NCBI GenBank assembly: GCA_002269645.1
Contig: NIVC01000736.1
Span: 1 to 64,000, forward strand
Source: Macrostomum lignano
Lineage: Eukaryota
Length of the DNA stretch: 64,000 nucleotides
Direction: 5' to 3'
The translations under genes were made by a program, and so were the position numbers. The notes under the pieces are model-generated. The model was not told the origin of the DNA. It did not search any database and saw only the letters and a list, made by a program, of their open reading frames with translations. Positions 61,283 to 64,000 of the stretch are shown here, piece after piece (the stretch's first letter is position 1; each line of letters opens with the position of its first letter).

Positions 61283-62558
61283 GTGAGCTCAAAGAGCCCT
61301 CGACGCAGGCATCTCAGTTTGGCCTGGCGAGCTTGGTCAGTTAGTTTGAGTGAGGGCTGTGAGTGCTGCCAGCCAGCAAGGAGGCAATAATTGGGCAGCC
61401 AGGCCTATTCCGCAGCGTACGCGTTTTTTCATTGTCAACACAATGTACATTCTCAGCGCCCTGGGGTCTGGTTCACCCTCAATACAGCGTTCTGTGTTGA
61501 ACCCCAAATTCTAGTAAATCATTCCCTACCCTCCGCCATTCCCCCATCGATTGAATCAATGTGCGTTCTACGCAAGCCCAGCGAAGCGAGACAGTGCGAG
61601 GCGGGTACAAAGCACGAAAGCCCTCACTGACACCCACCCCCGCCTAGGCCGCGGCGCACCAAGCCCCGAGACAAGTGCGCGCCGGGACCCACCTTAAACA
61701 CAGTGGGCGGTGGAAAGCACCCCGGAACCCAAATTAAATCGCCCCACCCTCTGCCATTCAACCCATCAACTGAATCAATGTGCATTCGCAATGTACATGT
61801 ACAACCGCCCTCCTCCCTAGGCCGTCCACCTCACTCCTTTATCGATCCATTATCGATCCAGTTTGCGCCGCTACAACCACCGCAGCTACTGATGAATAAA
61901 TGGAGACTAGAGAGATTGCAATTTACTCAGCTGGCAATAAATCATAGATCATGGAGCCGGTCTGGCTGAGCTCAATATCGATAGAGAAACACGGGCGGCG
62001 CGCGGACTTCGTGGGATAGCGATAAGTCCGATCTCAGTCAGAGAGGACGGCCGCCGCCGCATAAAACTCGGAGCCGCGCAGCCAGCCCCAGCCGTGAGAC
62101 GGAGGGGACACAAAAGAGGCTGAGGCCAAACTCGATTGAATGTCCGGGCCCACGCGGATAGGCATTTGGAAAGTCCTCTCCCAAGAAGGAATTTTATCGG
62201 AAATTTGCGCTAGAATTCCCTTCATTCTAGGAGTTTCCATCGCTCAAAGTCCATTTCTCTTCCCGCTCGGCTCCGATGCTGAGCTGCCGCTGTCCCTGGG
62301 TAAGAGGAAGGCTGGGCGTCATTAATTAAAAGAGGGAGCCGAGGCTCACGGCCGCTTTGAATCAGTTCTGTCATTCAGGGCACGTGGCAGCGACAGGGCC
62401 GAGTTCCCATGGCCGAGCAGAGCCAGGGTCAGCCCGGATCATCGGTCAAGTCTTGAACCCGATCGGTGGCTCGGAGCTTGGATCTCGAATAACCGTCAGT
62501 ACAGCAGCTTGAAGCATTAACCCCCGGATTGCTTAATCGACATTTGTTTATAACAAAA

Positions 62559-62713
62559 ATGGGACGCAGTAAAACAAAACTCCACCGCCACGGGACCGAA
62601 TATTTGGACTTTTGCGCGACGATTGGAGTTGGGAGGCAGCCGGTCCTGCCGGTGTCCTCCTCGCGCACTTGCTTGCGGCGGTGCGGTTCGGATAAACAAA
62701 CTCGCTTGGCGGC
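62559..62713 (+). CDS. Candidate variable first exon E (MGRSKTKLHRHGTEYLDFCATIG...QTRLA)
   Basis: aaaaATGG start; ends GCG GC|GTGAGA (phase 2). Confidence 0.4.
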
Positions 62714-62947
62714 GTGAGAAACAGCCGCATCGCAACTTGCTGCCTTCAAGTGGGGCCGCAGAATGAAACACCACCCGATACCCCTCGGAATCTGGGATCC
62801 CCATCTGCACCCGATTCCACCGCCCCGCACGCGTCCCCCACCATTTGTGACATCTTCGCGTTTCCGGATCTGCGCTTTTTATCACCTGTTTTTTGGTTAA
62901 ACGATTAACTGTGTTTTTCATTAGCGAAAGGTTCCCTGTGTCCCCTG

Positions 62948-64000
62948 CGACTGTGTCTGAGTGACTGTGTCTGAGTGACTGTCTGAGTGACTGTGTCTGA
63001 GTGACTGTGTCTGAGTGACTGTCTGAGTGACTGTGTCTAAGTGACTGTGTCTGAGTGACTGTCTGAGTGACTGCGGCTGAGTGACTGTGTCTGAGTGACT
63101 GTATGAGTAACTGTGTTTGAGTGACTGCGGCTGAGTGACTGTGTCTGAGTGACTGTCTGAGTGACTGCGTCTGAGTGACTGTGTCTGAGTGACTGTCTGA
63201 GTGACTGCGGCTGAGTGACTGTGTCTGAGTGACTGTCTGAGTAACTGTGTTTGAGTGACTGTCTGAGTGACTGTGTCTGAGTGACTGTCTGAGTGACTGT
63301 GTCTGAGTGACTGCGGCTGAGTGACTGTGTCTGAGTGACTGTGTCTGAGTGACTGTGTTTGAGTGACTGCGGCTGAGTGACTGTGTCTGAGTGACTGTCT
63401 GAGTAACTGTGTTTGAGTGACTGCGGCTGAGTGACTGTGTCTGAGTGACTGTCTGAGTAACTGTGTTTGAGTGACTGCGGCTGAGTGACTGTGTCTGAGT
63501 GACTGTGTCTGAGTGACTGTGGCTGAGTGATTGTGTCTGAGTGATTGTGTCTGAGTGACTGTCTGAGTGACTGTGTTTGAGTGACTGCGTCTGAGTGACT
63601 GTGTCTGAGTGACTGTCTGAGTAACTGTGTTTGAGTGACTGCGGCTGAGTGACTGTGTCTGAGTGACTGTCTGAGTAACTGTGTTTGAGTGACTGCGGCT
63701 GAGTGACTGTGTCTGAGTGACTGTGTCTGAGTGACTGTGGCTGAGTGATTGTGTCTGAGTGATTGTGTCTGAGTGACTGTCTGAGTGACTGTGTTTGAGT
63801 GACTGCGGCTGAGTGACTGTGTCTGAGTGACTGTCTGAGTGACTGTGTTTGAGTGACTGCGGCTGAGTGACTGTGTTTGAGTGACTGCGGCTGAGTGACT
63901 GTCTGAGTGACTGCGGCTGAGTGACTGTGTCTGAGTGACTGTGGCTGAGTGATTGTGTCTGAGTGACTGTCTGAGTGACTGTGTTTGAGTGACTGCGGCT
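62948..64000. repeat. 12/14-bp satellite (ctgagtgactgtgt variants), runs off the window
   Basis: Directly visible. Confidence 0.97.

Overview
Repeat-rich, intron-containing animal genomic DNA. GC-rich exons sit among dense mini/microsatellites, a style that resembles the flatworm Macrostomum (inference only). Host genes reconstructed by hand from motifs and splice phases: the first coding exon of a tectonic (ciliary transition-zone) gene with an RFX X-box promoter (minus strand, left edge); an 8-exon divergent Gs-family G-alpha gene (minus, 15551-25523); a 2-exon DEG/ENaC channel gene nested antisense in its intron 3 (plus, 18340-20199); and a 4-exon Shc adaptor (minus, 31543-39441) with a GC-AG intron. 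From 48 to 63 kb lie five short ATG-initiated plus-strand exons that all end in phase-2 GTGAG donors. These look like a variable first-exon array of a gene whose shared exons lie beyond the window. The 1-14 kb interval is a transposon graveyard (Gypsy x3, Ngaro/DIRS tyrosine-recombinase element, Polinton pPolB relic, MITE). A deleted piggyBac, a CORE/Meta-type SINE, two TIR/TSD MITEs and more than 20 tandem arrays are also present. No CRISPR, rRNA or true tRNA is supported. All exon models and family calls are by eye and not database-verified.
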